DNA of 64,000 nucleotides from Schmidtea nova (taxonomy: Eukaryota). The stretch is taken from positions 290,346,001-290,410,000 of the forward strand of contig CM097883.1 in NCBI GenBank assembly GCA_044892505.1, written 5' to 3'. Below are positions 26,175 through 36,801 of this stretch, in pieces (positions within the stretch are counted from its first letter, which is position 1; the number at the start of each line of letters is the position of its first letter). The notes below the pieces were generated by a model that saw only the letters and a list, made by a program, of their open reading frames with translations, made no database searches and had not been told where the DNA came from. The position numbers were made by a program, and so were the translations under genes.

Positions 26175-26196
26175 AATAAAAAAAAAAGATCAAAGG

Positions 26197-26324
26197 NNNN
26201 NNNNNNNNNNNNNNNNNNNNNNNNNNNNNNNNNNNNNNNNNNNNNNNNNNNNNNNNNNNNNNNNNNNNNNNNNNNNNNNNNNNNNNNNNNNNNNNNNNNN
26301 NNNNNNNNNNNNNNNNNNNNNNNN
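26197..26324. other. Assembly gap (128 N)
   Basis: Run of N. Confidence 1.
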
Positions 26325-26745
26325 GTTTGTTTAAATAAATTGAAAAATACAAACTAAAATGGCCGCAAGTAATTCAAAAGTGTCCGAAAAGAAACAAGAA
26401 TAGATAAAATAATTAAAAGGGAAAGGTAAAAGAAAAGAACATAATATTTTTTTCATATATATTCGAATATATATCAAATTCCGAATTAATTATTGTTGCC
26501 GGGGAAATATTAAAAAAAAATTATTTGAATTTTAATTTTAAACGTATAATCAATTAATAAAACAAAATCAATTTAGAATAATTATGATAATAAAATTAAT
26601 TATTTTTATTTTAATAAAAAACTAATCGATTTTAAATATTTAGTAATAAATTTAACACAAAAAATAATTGTTATTAAAAATTTAAATTAACCAAAACAAA
26701 AAAAAAATAAAATAAAATGAAAAGATAAGATTTGATAAATAAATT

Positions 26746-27286
26746 TTATTCACATATATTTGTTTGTATAATTTTCCAAACAGGTTTGACAACATCATTA
26801 GATTCTTTGAAGCCTTGAATCATTATCTTAATTTGATATATTGAATTTTCATCAGGATTTTTCAAATTACAATCTTTAATGCAATTCATATACGTAAAAG
26901 CTTCATTAAATTGTATTTCTTTGTTGATTGCTAACAAAATTTCTGAAATATTTCGTCTATCAATATCTCCAATTTTCCCCACTTGAAGATTATACATGCA
27001 TTGTTTCAATGTAACAGGTTCCTATAAAATAATTATTAGAAATTTATTTAAAATAAATAAATATATACTTTAAATGAATAAATGATTGGAAATTTTAAAT
27101 ATTCCATCGAGTATTGTAGAAATTGAACTGCAGGATTCCTAACCAAATTTGATGCCAAAATAGAATTTTCTTCAAGAATAATTTTCATTACTTCTTGTTT
27201 CAACATCTTTTTGTTCGAAGTTTCTAGAATAAAATATTAAAAATAATCATTTAAAATTAATTAAACTTACTTTTAAGTTGATACAT
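26746..27286 (-). CDS. Predicted 3-exon gene, 148 aa, unknown product (exons 27286-27271, 27223-27069, 27021-26746)
   Basis: Two 47-bp GT-AG introns (27224-27270, 27022-27068); splicing gives 447 nt, an open frame from ATG to TAA; it may be a fragment of a longer gene. Confidence 0.6.
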
Positions 27287-27836
27287 TTTTAATGAAATCT
27301 GTAATTGTTAATCAATTTATATATATGTTTTCATAATTTAAATTGACCAATCAGATTTCGTTTAACATTTTTATTAATTTTTATTTATTGGTATTTTTGT
27401 GTGCAGATACACACTTTATTTTAATATGATAATTAATTATTTATGCAAAATATATGATAATTAATTATTTATGCAAAATCTTTTAATAGACAGATTATAT
27501 CAAAAAACATTGTAATGCTTCGAATTATGATAAAAACTGTCACAATTCAATGAAAAGTTACTATACCTAAACAGGTAACTGCATCACATACATAATTTGC
27601 CCTTTGTGAATAAATTGATTAGTTTTTCTTATTATATCAATTTTATAAATTTCATAAAGAACATTCGATACAGATTTAATGTTACAAAACTATTACGTGG
27701 TAATAATAAAAATAATAAAAATATTAATATTAATAATTCACTGAAAATATTTAAAATGAAAAATCAATAAATATTTTGGTAAAATTCATTATTAACAATT
27801 ATATTCAGTATCAGAACTTTTCTAATATAACCTTAG

Positions 27837-28290
27837 TATCAGAACCTTTCTAGCAGAATCATTGGTAGCAGAACCTCTTTTGTGATGGTTTTTACCTGTA
27901 AAAGATTCATATTGTATATTCACTTATATACTATTATTGATACATTTTCATTAAATTTATCACGTAGCAGAACCTTTCTAGCAGAACCTTTGGTAGCAGA
28001 ACCTCTTTTGTGATGGTTTTTACCTGTAAAAGATTCATATTGTATATTCACTTATATACCATTATCGATACATTTTCATTAAATTTATGACGTAGCAGAA
28101 CCTTTCTAGCAGAACCTTTGGTAGCAGAACCTCTTTTGTGATGGTTTTTACCTGTAAAAGATTCATATTGTATATTCACTTATATACCATTATCGATACA
28201 TTTTCATTAAATTTATCACGTAGCAGAACCTTTCTAACAGAACCTTTGGTAGCAGAACCTCTTTTGTGATGGTTTTTACCTGCAAAAGAT
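27837..28290. repeat. 128-bp tandem repeat, ~3.5 copies
   Basis: TAGCAGAACCTTTCTAGCAGAACC unit starts at 27837, 27965, 28093, 28221. Confidence 0.95.
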
Positions 28291-28819
28291 TCAAATTATA
28301 TTTTCATGATTGCAGTTTATGTGAAACCCGATAAAATATGTTTGATCCAATGGGATTTTATTATCCGTCGCTATTGATAAAAAACATATCGTCAATGTTG
28401 ATGTGAATTGAATATAACAGAATCTGATACTAGAATCCAATGACAAAAACATTTGGTAGTACTGTTTTGCGTGGTTAATAAAAATGTTTAATAAATAAAT
28501 ATTTGTACTGAAATTTTTGAATTAATTTTTATTATTTTTAGAATTAATTGAATATTAAGTTGAATATTAAGTTATCAAGTGAAGAAATAGATGAACAATG
28601 ATTTCAATAGAGCTTTGGAATAAAAGTTATTTACATTTTAAGAACTTTATTTAATAAAAAATTTCATTTTAACTACGTAGATATTAGTATACCTTTTAAA
28701 AAACTGATAATCAACTAAAGATTAATTTAATTATTCAAAGTAATAAATTTAATTTTATGACACGACATTTAGAATCAGTTAGTTTTAAATATCATATCTA
28801 GTTAATGCGAAGAGTTAAT

Positions 28820-29800
28820 TGATACGTGGAACAATTTCCTTAGAGTGAAGATTTATTTGTTTAATATATAGAGTCAGTTGGTATCCGATTAGTTGATTTA
28901 ACTAGTAGATTGTGGATAGAATCAATTGATATTTAATAATTAACTAGTCTGTTGTTGATTTATGAATAGTTAGTTGGTTAATGAGAAGAGTTAGTTGGGA
29001 AGTAAGGAATTAGTTAGTTAGTTAGTTAGTTGGTTAATGTAGTTGGTTGGTTGGTACAAGAATAATGAATAGAACTAGTTGGTTGATGAATAGAACTAGT
29101 TGGTTAGTAAGAGATTAGTATGTATAGCTAGTTAGTTGGTTAGTGTAGTTGGTTGGTTGGTAGACTGATAGGTATAAGATTAATTGATAGAACTAGTTAG
29201 TTGATGTATATAACTAGTTGGTTAGTAAGGAAGTGGTTGCTGGTTATTATGTATAGTTAATTAGTTACTTGGTTAATGTGAAGAGTTAGTTGGTTGATGT
29301 ATAGAACTAGTTGGTTAGTAAGGAAGTGGTTGCTGGTTAATATGTATAGTTAGTTAGTTACTTGGTTAATGTGAAGAGTTAGTTGGTTGATGTATAGAAC
29401 TAGTTGGTTAGTAAGGAATTGATTGCTGGTTAGTTAGTTAGTTAGTTGGTTGGTGATTTGTGAATAAAGTTAGTTGGTTAATGTATAGAACTAGTTGGTT
29501 AGTAAGGTATTGGTTGCTGGTTAGTATGTATAGTTAGTTAGTTGGTTAGTATAGATAAAGTTAGTAAGTAAGGAATTGTACTATTTTTAACTAAGGGGAT
29601 TGGATTATTTTATATATAGGCAATAGAAAGTGATTGACACATGGAACAATTTCCTAGTTGGTTAATATATAGAGTCAGTTGGTAACTTGTAAGTAACTAG
29701 TCGATTGTTGATTTGTGGATAGAGTCAGTTGGCATTTGATCAGATACTAGTCAGTGGTTGATTTGTCTGTGTAATGAGATTATTAGTTATTTGATCGGTT
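28820..29800. repeat. Degenerate TAGT/TTGG-based satellite with higher-order units
   Basis: Recurrent GTTAGTTGGT and TATAGAACTAGTTGGTTAGTAAGG; bracketed by GGAACAATTTCCT...TTAATATATAGAGTCAGTTGGTA at ~28827 and ~29643. Confidence 0.85.
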
Positions 29801-29834
29801 TATTACTGGTACTTAGATTGATTGATAGACGTTA

Positions 29835-29835
29835 C

Positions 29836-29908
<73 letters not shown>

Positions 29909-29925
29909 CATTATTATTATTATTA
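29835..29925. repeat. (TTA)n microsatellite
   Basis: Directly visible. Confidence 0.95.
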
Positions 29926-30561
29926 TTTACTTGTTCCTATATTTTCAATTATTACGTTTATTTTTAAAAATTTATGTCATTAATCGATATTTTTTAACTT
30001 AGTATACAAAATTGTAACAACTCTTGTTTAATAACTATTTTTATTCTAAATAAATTCAATAGTTACATGTGTTTTATTTACTACATTTATTTGTTGTTAT
30101 TTGATCATTTCCTTAAAAAACATCATATTGAAAAAACAATTAGATTTGTATTTATTAGTTAAAGATTTTACTTGTGAAAAATATTTACTTGTGAAAAAAT
30201 GTTTACTTTGTATTTATTAATTAAAAAATTTACATTGATTTTATTGATAAAAAATTCTACATTGACTTTATTGTTAAAAAGTTTTACTTTAAAAAATTTC
30301 AAAAATAATTAAATTCTCACATTTTTCAAATATTACCTTAAAAAGTTCCTTTAAAAGCAATTCATTTTAAAATTATGACATTAAAACTCACGTCTTTCTT
30401 AATTTACTTTTTTATTCTTAATTTACTTATAATTCTATTTATCATTAAATTCATAAATATTTTTAAAATTCAATCTTTAATTTATTTACTTTGCCATTTT
30501 TCATAAATCCAGTACAAATTATTTTTAAATTCTAAGTTTAATTTACTTATTATTTCCATGC

Positions 30562-30858
30562 TTTTATTTAATGTACCATTTTACTTGATAAATTCAATAC
30601 AAAATAATGAGTGAATTATTTACTGAGTTTTGAAATTCGTATAGAATTTATTTACTTTTTTATTTAATGTACCATTTTACTTGATAAATTCAATACAAAA
30701 TAATGAGTGAATTATTTACTGAGTTTTGAAATTCGTATAGAATTTATTTACTTTTTTATTTAATGTACCATTTTACTTGATAAATTCAATACAAAATAAT
30801 GAGTGAATTATTTACTGAGTTTTAAAAATCGTATAGAATTTATTTACTTTTTTATTTA
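30562..30858. repeat. 96-bp tandem repeat, ~3 copies
   Basis: ATGTACCATTTTACTTGATAAATTC at 30571, 30667, 30763. Confidence 0.95.
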
Positions 30859-30959
30859 ATTATCATAAATTTAATTATTTAGTTAAAAATTTTTATTTTA
30901 AATATTTCCACGTTTTTATGTACTTTACCCTTTTTTACTGAGACTGTCATTTCCCGTAT

Positions 30960-31550
30960 AAAATTTTGATTTTTTCATGATTTTAATTGTTTGACCTTTA
31001 TTGTTCGCTTTTCAATTCTCAGTAGATTGGTATAAAAGTTATTGAATTCTGATCACTTTTTAATTTTGTGATTTTCCACGAGTTGACCATTTTTACGTCA
31101 AAAAATTGGGTCGGATAAGTCAAAATTTTCATGTTTTTACTTTTTGACACTTTTTTGTTCGCCATTTGATTCTCAGTAGATTGGTATAAAAATTATTTGA
31201 TTCTGATCATTTTTGATTTTGGAAATTTCCCCGAGTTGGCCCTTTTTACGTGTAAAAATTGAGTTGGAAAATTTAAAATTTTCATGTTTTTACTTTTTGA
31301 CCTTTTTTTGTTCGCCTTTCAATTCTCAGTAGATTGATATAAAAATTATTGAATTCTGACCACTTTTTAATTTTTGGAATTTCCCCGAGTTGACCCTTTT
31401 TACGTGTAAAAATTGGGTTGGAAAAGATCAATTTTTCATGTTTTTTAATTTTTGACCATTATTGTTTGCCTTTCAATTCTCAGTAGATTGATATAAAAAT
31501 TATTGAATTCTGACCACTTTTTAATTTTTTGATTTTCTCCGACCAAAATA
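30960..31550. repeat. ~154-bp tandem repeat, 4 copies; dispersed partial copy at ~24440-24560
   Basis: TCTCAGTAGATTG(G/A)TATAAAA at 31017, 31171, 31324, 31478 and 24480. Confidence 0.9.
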
Positions 31551-32280
31551 TTATTTTCAAAAATACCAGACTAAAAATCCTATACAAAATCAAGATCAAA
31601 AATCATATTCAAAATTACCAGAGTCCCTTTTGCCCGAGAAAAATCTCGGAGTAGAAAATCCTATACAAAATAACCAGACTAAAAACACTACAAAATATCA
31701 GACCAAAATATTGTATTCAAAAATCCAAATCAAAAATCCTATTCAAAAAACCCAGAGTCTCTTTTTGCCCTAGAAAATTGTGGGAATTGAAAATCCTATT
31801 CAAAATAATTTCAATGTATTTTACTAGTTTAAAAAATTTACACGTGTTTTTTATTTACCATTAAAATTTCAGTTCAAAATTATCAGAGTTTATTTTTGCC
31901 CTAGAAAATATCTGGGACTAGAAAATCCTATTCAAAATACTTTAACGATAATTTACTTGTTTAAAAAAAATTTACACGTCTTTTATTTAGCAATAAAATT
32001 ACAGTTCAAAATTACCAGAGTCCGTTTTTGCCTGAGAAAATATGGGAGTTGAAAATCCTATTCAAAATAATAGGACTAAAAATCCTATACAAAAAATACC
32101 AGACCAAAATATTGTATTCAAAAATCCAGATAAAAAATTCCTGTACAAAAAACCCAGAGTCCCTTTTTGCACTAGAAAATCTCGGAGTAGAAAATCCTAT
32201 ACAAAATAACCAGAGAAAAATTCCTTTACAAAAATAACCAGATCAAAATATTGTATTCAAAAATCCAGATCAAAAAATTA
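31550..32280. repeat. Degenerate repeat array (AAAATCCTATACAAAA..CCAGA / CCAGAGTCCCTTTTGCCC..GAAAA) into which the giant element is inserted
   Basis: Motifs recur many times up to the LTR junction. Confidence 0.8.
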
Positions 32281-32671
32281 AAATAAATTAATATAAAATT
32301 AAAATAAATTAATAAATTAATGTTGGGCCCACCAATTGGTCTAAAAAGGCAAAAATATTGTACTAATTTAAACAATAAATACAAATAATAACCACAAAAA
32401 ACATTCGAAAAACCTAAATTAAAAATTAAAATAAAATAATAAATAATAATTACTAAATTTCCAGCAAAGGAAGAAAATCAAATTGACACGAGAACGAGCA
32501 GTATGGGGGTCTGAAATAAGAAAATTACAAATAAAATCAAATAAAAGTACAATTAATTGGTTAATTACTTGAAAAATCAAGACCACCCAGCGAGAAATCT
32601 GAACCGGAAATTTAAAATGGTTTATATTAAAATAAAATAACAAAATTACTTTGATGGACGGCCTGATCCTG

Positions 32672-32706
32672 ATTGGTCAATCTGACCAACTGGATCAGTA
32701 TAAATA
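32672..32706 (+). promoter_or_regulatory. LTR core promoter: reverse CCAAT (ATTGG 32672-32676) + TATAAATA (32699-32706)
   Basis: Same pair with near-identical spacing in the divergent solo LTR (10276-10280, 10302-10309). Confidence 0.7.
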
Positions 32707-33382
32707 CCGATCCAAAAATCATACAGACAACACCTAACAACTTAGTTACCGAACTGAACTATCATAGTCAACTTTGATACGATAAATACTGTATAAATTT
32801 TTGGAGAACACTGCATCGTGGATTTAAACAGTAAATTTTTTTTTTGTATTGTATTTTGTATTAATTTTTATGATATGTTTCATGATTCCCATTTGTTTTA
32901 TTTTCATTTAATATAATTTATTACTATTGCTCTATTTTTTTTTCTTATGCCATTATTTTATGATATAATAAATATACTTCCTCAGTAGCTTACGCTGCGA
33001 GGGAGCAAGCCGTAAATGTGGGATTTCACCGTTCCACAAGATGGTGAGCAGAGTTTCTATTGGTATTCTTTATTTAATTTAATTTTTTCGGAAGTTTCAC
33101 GGTACGGTAAAGTTGTGCAGGGACAAGGACACGAGTAAAATTTGTAGACAGTGGTTAACATTTACATTCGATCAGACAGGCGAAAACAAACTATAATATC
33201 AATTCTCAGGTCGACTAGATCGATTTTTTCATATACACGCAAATTTTTGTAAATCAACATAGCTGATCGAAATAATGTCCGGACACACCGAGACGATTTC
33301 GACGTTTCAACTACAGTTTAATTTAGACATAAACAACGACATATTCGGATCGACACTACTGATTAAATAAGTAAGATCGTAA

Positions 33383-33454
33383 CCTGATCGCTGTACATAG
33401 CGCAGGTAATAATAGGTAAATTTTTAATATTCCGATCGCTGTACATAGCGACGG
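33383..33454 (+). other. Two stem-bulge-stem-loop hairpins with GTACAT loop (33383-33406, 33432-33454)
   Basis: CCTG-AT-CGCT-GTACAT-AGCG-CAGG and CCG-AT-CGCT-GTACAT-AGCG-A-CGG; three covarying copies in the solo LTR. Confidence 0.8.
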
Positions 33455-33610
33455 TGTTAATTGAATAGTTTGGAAAATATTATTTTTATTTCCTCCTTTT
33501 CACATTTTTTTTTGTGTTATTGATCAACGAGCAGAGCACTTTTTATCAGGTCTCGCCAAAATTTACGGATTTATCACAGTAAAATTCTATTAGCATTATT
33601 ATTTTCGCAG

Positions 33611-34111
33611 ATGAAATCAACGATACTGGATGAATTTCTAACAACTCAACGTCATGTGGCACGGGTCGAAAATCCTCTAATCCGGACGCAACGGAAGAAA
33701 TTGAAGTCGCTTCCACAGGAACTCCTCAGAACGCTAAATGCGTTGATGTATAAATGGAGAAGGGAACTAGGAAAGAAATGCCCATTTTCGATTTGGGCCG
33801 GTGGATTGGATACCATCGTATATCGAGGAGGCCCCGGATGGGAAATTCAGGACGAAAGAGACCGGGAGACGACAGCTCTGTTCATCATAGTGGTGTCAGA
33901 CAGCGAAGGAAATCCAACGACAGTGATCCATTGGGGATATGTCTCACCGCTCAAGTTGCTTAAATTCGGGTTGATTCCGAATCACCTACCGAAAACGTGC
34001 CACGGACGCCCCAAACTAAACTGTTCGATGGCTCACATCCGAAGAAATCCAGTCAATCACGGGTTGCATATTACTCCCGTTCACGGCCTCAAGCGAAGTG
34101 TTTTCCACTAA
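33611..34111 (+). CDS. LTR ORF-A, 166 aa, unknown function (5' LTR copy)
   Basis: ATG directly after TTTTCGCAG; GC-richer than flanks; same protein in the 3' LTR. Confidence 0.65.
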   Translation: MKSTILDEFLTTQRHVARVENPLIRTQRKKLKSLPQELLRTLNALMYKWRRELGKKCPFSIWAGGLDTIVYRGGPGWEIQDERDRETTALFIIVVSDSEGNPTTVIHWGYVSPLKLLKFGLIPNHLPKTCHGRPKLNCSMAHIRRNPVNHGLHITPVHGLKRSVFH

Positions 34112-34296
34112 ACATTATATTCACATTTTTATCAACTAAACGATTTCAATAAATTAAATGGTGTTGATCCGTGTTTTTTGTTTGTCCTTAGTTAAATTTA
34201 TTTCTATTTATTTAATCATATGATTTTTACACTCGACGGATAATATTAATCTTGGTAACATGTTTGATGCATTATAAATTGGGTTTGTTATTTAGT

Positions 34297-34887
34297 ATGA
34301 CGGAAACTAGCCAACAGCGAGAATTGGACAAGGCGTGGAGAATCCGCCGAGCATTGGAAAAGGAGCTAAACCAAGAAAAAGCCTTACGAGCCAAAGCAGA
34401 AGCTCAGATTCAGCATTTACGGACCAGCTGGTTCGCACCAGCTCGCATGAAGGAGCAGATGAGTCGGACGAAAAGGGCTCAAAAGACAGCTGACGATTAT
34501 CGCACCGAATGGGAAGCAACAAAAATTGAGTTGCGCCGATGTCTCCATTCGGTGACGACTTCATTTATCGAGTCCGAATTGAAAGCACAAATCCGACCCA
34601 TTACTTACCAGAAATGGGTAGGAGAACAGAAAGTGGCCTGCTCAGTCAGTACGGACACCGATGGACTCGAGGCAACCACAGTGCAGAGTCGGGTGGAAAC
34701 CCCCACTGTACCAAACCCCGTCGGAAGAACGAATAAGTGGAAACGAATCGGCTCCAAGCGCCGTCGCCAAAGAAAGCTGTTTTCTCAACAATTGCAGACA
34801 CAAGTAACCACTATGGCAGAAATGTCGGAGGCCGAGTGGTTATCAGAGATATTCCCTCCAGAAGGAATTTTCAAAGAATTTCTATAA
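34297..34887 (+). CDS. LTR ORF-B, 196 aa, coiled coil + Arg/Lys-rich motif (5' LTR copy)
   Basis: First ATG at 34297 after TTTAG-T; protein-level conservation with 11467-12048. Confidence 0.8.
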   Translation: MTETSQQRELDKAWRIRRALEKELNQEKALRAKAEAQIQHLRTSWFAPARMKEQMSRTKRAQKTADDYRTEWEATKIELRRCLHSVTTSFIESELKAQIRPITYQKWVGEQKVACSVSTDTDGLEATTVQSRVETPTVPNPVGRTNKWKRIGSKRRRQRKLFSQQLQTQVTTMAEMSEAEWLSEIFPPEGIFKEFL

Positions 34888-35382
34888 CAGATAGAATACG
34901 ATGTCCGATTTGGGAGTCAATTAAATCTTTGCTCGTTTTTGTTTTGTTGTTGTTATTTCCTTTGTATTTCTTTCGATTAAATAATTCATATAATTAAATT
35001 TCAATTACCCGTCACACAACGAAAGGAGTAGCGATAAAAAGAACTTGAATATTATCAAATTCGTAGTTTGGTTCTGCTTGTTTGTTTTGTTTTTTTTTTT
35101 TTTGATAAATACATAGCCTCACACACACAAAATAGAACAAGAATTGCGTAAGTCCTTCTACGGCCGCGTGAACCCGTAAGCATAAAGGGGGAGTAGTCCT
35201 AGCAATAGTGCTCACCTGCCCCTCATTGCTTAACCACCCTGCGCATCACCAACTTGGTTATCAAGGGAAATAATCAAGGGCGCTCGAGTGTAGCTTACGA
35301 CTATTTATGCATGATCATGGATGGGAGATCCCTAGCAATCATTAGAATTTTTACCAAACCGTCCATGAACCCAGCATAAATT

Positions 35383-35400
35383 TGGGGGCTCAGCCGGGAT
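35383..35400 (+). promoter_or_regulatory. Primer-binding site, tRNA-Pro type
   Basis: TGGGGGCTCAGCCGGGAT, 18 nt, complementary to a tRNA-Pro 3' end (cf. MLV TGGGGGCTCGTCCGGGAT). Confidence 0.92.
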
Positions 35401-35707
35401 CAACTTCGTTTTATCGGAAAATTGTGAATGCAAAATCTGCAGAGAAGTTTAAAATGCTCGTGTCGTGTGAATAAATTTAATAAAAACAGAAAATTTGTAA
35501 TTAACTCTAAATTATGTACAAAAATAAACAACAAACACAACAGCAAATAAAAGTAAAGTATAAAAATCGAATGCATGCATAAATAATTTGTCGGGACGAC
35601 AATTTTCGGAAACACGGGGAGAGTAAATAAATGCTAAAAGATGCAAAACGAAACATATTACAACGTTAAAATTAAATTCACAAAACGAGACATATTACTA
35701 CTTTAAA

Positions 35708-36211
35708 ATGATAAAAACAACTAAGTTAAAACGATTATTTATTCAGCAAATGGAGGAAAAACTGAAAGAAATCGAAGAATTTCTCAACACAGGAAACGAA
35801 ACACTAGCAACAATTGGCAAGAAAATAAACCGATTTAGAGAAATTGAATTTCAAGAACCCACAACACAGACCGAGGAAACAGATGAATTAATAAAGATAA
35901 CAGAAAGAACAAGTAAAATCGACATAAAAACCCGCTACAAATGGTACCGAGCACGACTAGAGAATGCGGAGCTAAACATTAGATGCAGACAAATAGAACA
36001 ACAATTAACCCCAACATACAATCGATGGAGGGCGCAAGGGGTAGAAGCAGCGAAAAAATACCGACAGTGCTATATATGTGAAAACAACGAGATACAAATT
36101 ATGTTTTTACCTTGTGGACATTTCCGTTTTTGTAAGATCTGTGCCAACAAGTGTGACCGGTGTCCGATGTGCAACTTTGCCGTGAATGAAAAAATTATAG
36201 TTTATTTGTAA
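35708..36211 (+). CDS. Coiled-coil + C-terminal IAP/MDM2-type RING E3 ligase, 167 aa (no BIR)
   Basis: CYICENNEIQIMFLPCGHFRFCKICANKCDRCPMC..V.EKIIVYL-stop fits the IAP-type C3HC4 RING placed at the extreme C-terminus. Confidence 0.88.
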   Translation: MIKTTKLKRLFIQQMEEKLKEIEEFLNTGNETLATIGKKINRFREIEFQEPTTQTEETDELIKITERTSKIDIKTRYKWYRARLENAELNIRCRQIEQQLTPTYNRWRAQGVEAAKKYRQCYICENNEIQIMFLPCGHFRFCKICANKCDRCPMCNFAVNEKIIVYL

Positions 36212-36685
36212 TAAATGTTTAGAGTTAATTAGTAAAATGTCGAATGGTGAATCATGGGAATAATCATTGTATTTAAATAATTTTTGAGCTACTACAAAGT
36301 AGTCCGATAAGAATCCATTGGGGGGTACCAATTGATCAACCTAGTCAAGTATATAGAAAGGGGCCCATCGCAAATGTTGGAAAGTTTTTGTGATGTGATT
36401 GATCACCACATCCTGCATTAATAGACCAACGCGATCTTTTTGTATATTGTGGTTGGGGAGAGAGATAGGGAAATCTTGATGGAGTAAAGCGCGCATAAGA
36501 AAATAAATAAAAAGTTAAAGCAGACTGATCAGGAATTAGTTACGATAGAATAAGGAGATAAATAATAATTTTTGAAAGAATAAAAGGTGCATAGTCAGCT
36601 CGCATAGAAGTAGTTATAACTCAGCTGAGAAATTTTAATCGCTAGCGAAGTAGGGAATTGTGATTAACCGGTTAAGTAAAGTTAA

Positions 36686-36801
36686 GAGATTTGTCCCTTG
36701 AAACAAAGGGTTAGGAGATTTGTCCCTTGAAACAAAGGGTTATTAGAGTTGTCCCTTGAAACAAAGGGTTATTAGCGGTTTGTCCCTTGAAAAAAAGGGT
36801 T
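36686..36801 (+). repeat. 4 x ~28-bp repeat, each forming a CCCTT-GAAACA-AAGGG hairpin
   Basis: Directly visible; fourth loop is GAAAAA. Confidence 0.92.

Larger units (their letters stand above)
32321..35376 (+). repeat. 5' LTR, 3056 bp
   Basis: TGTTGGG...CCCAGCA imperfect terminal inverted repeat; followed 6 nt later by the PBS. Confidence 0.93.

Noticed and set aside
26157-26357. ORFs spanning X runs (also 61391-61807)
   Set aside because: Artefacts of N gaps
28820-29800. TTAG-rich tract as an interstitial telomere
   Set aside because: No runs of TTAGG, TTAGGG or TTAGGC; the unit is TAGT/TTGG with higher-order structure
24001-29967. ORFs with YIYIYI or poly-Leu runs (24001, 25362, 25841, 29758)
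   Set aside because: Translations of (TA)n and (TTA)n microsatellites
27837-31550. Regularly spaced repeats as a CRISPR array
   Set aside because: Whole units repeat with no unique spacers; eukaryotic context; no cas genes
35146-35340. A full 5S rRNA gene in the LTR (Cassandra-like)
   Set aside because: CTACGGCC and the box C-like 11-mer are ~160 bp apart versus ~77 in 5S, and box A is not recognisable; kept only as a note in the conserved-block finding
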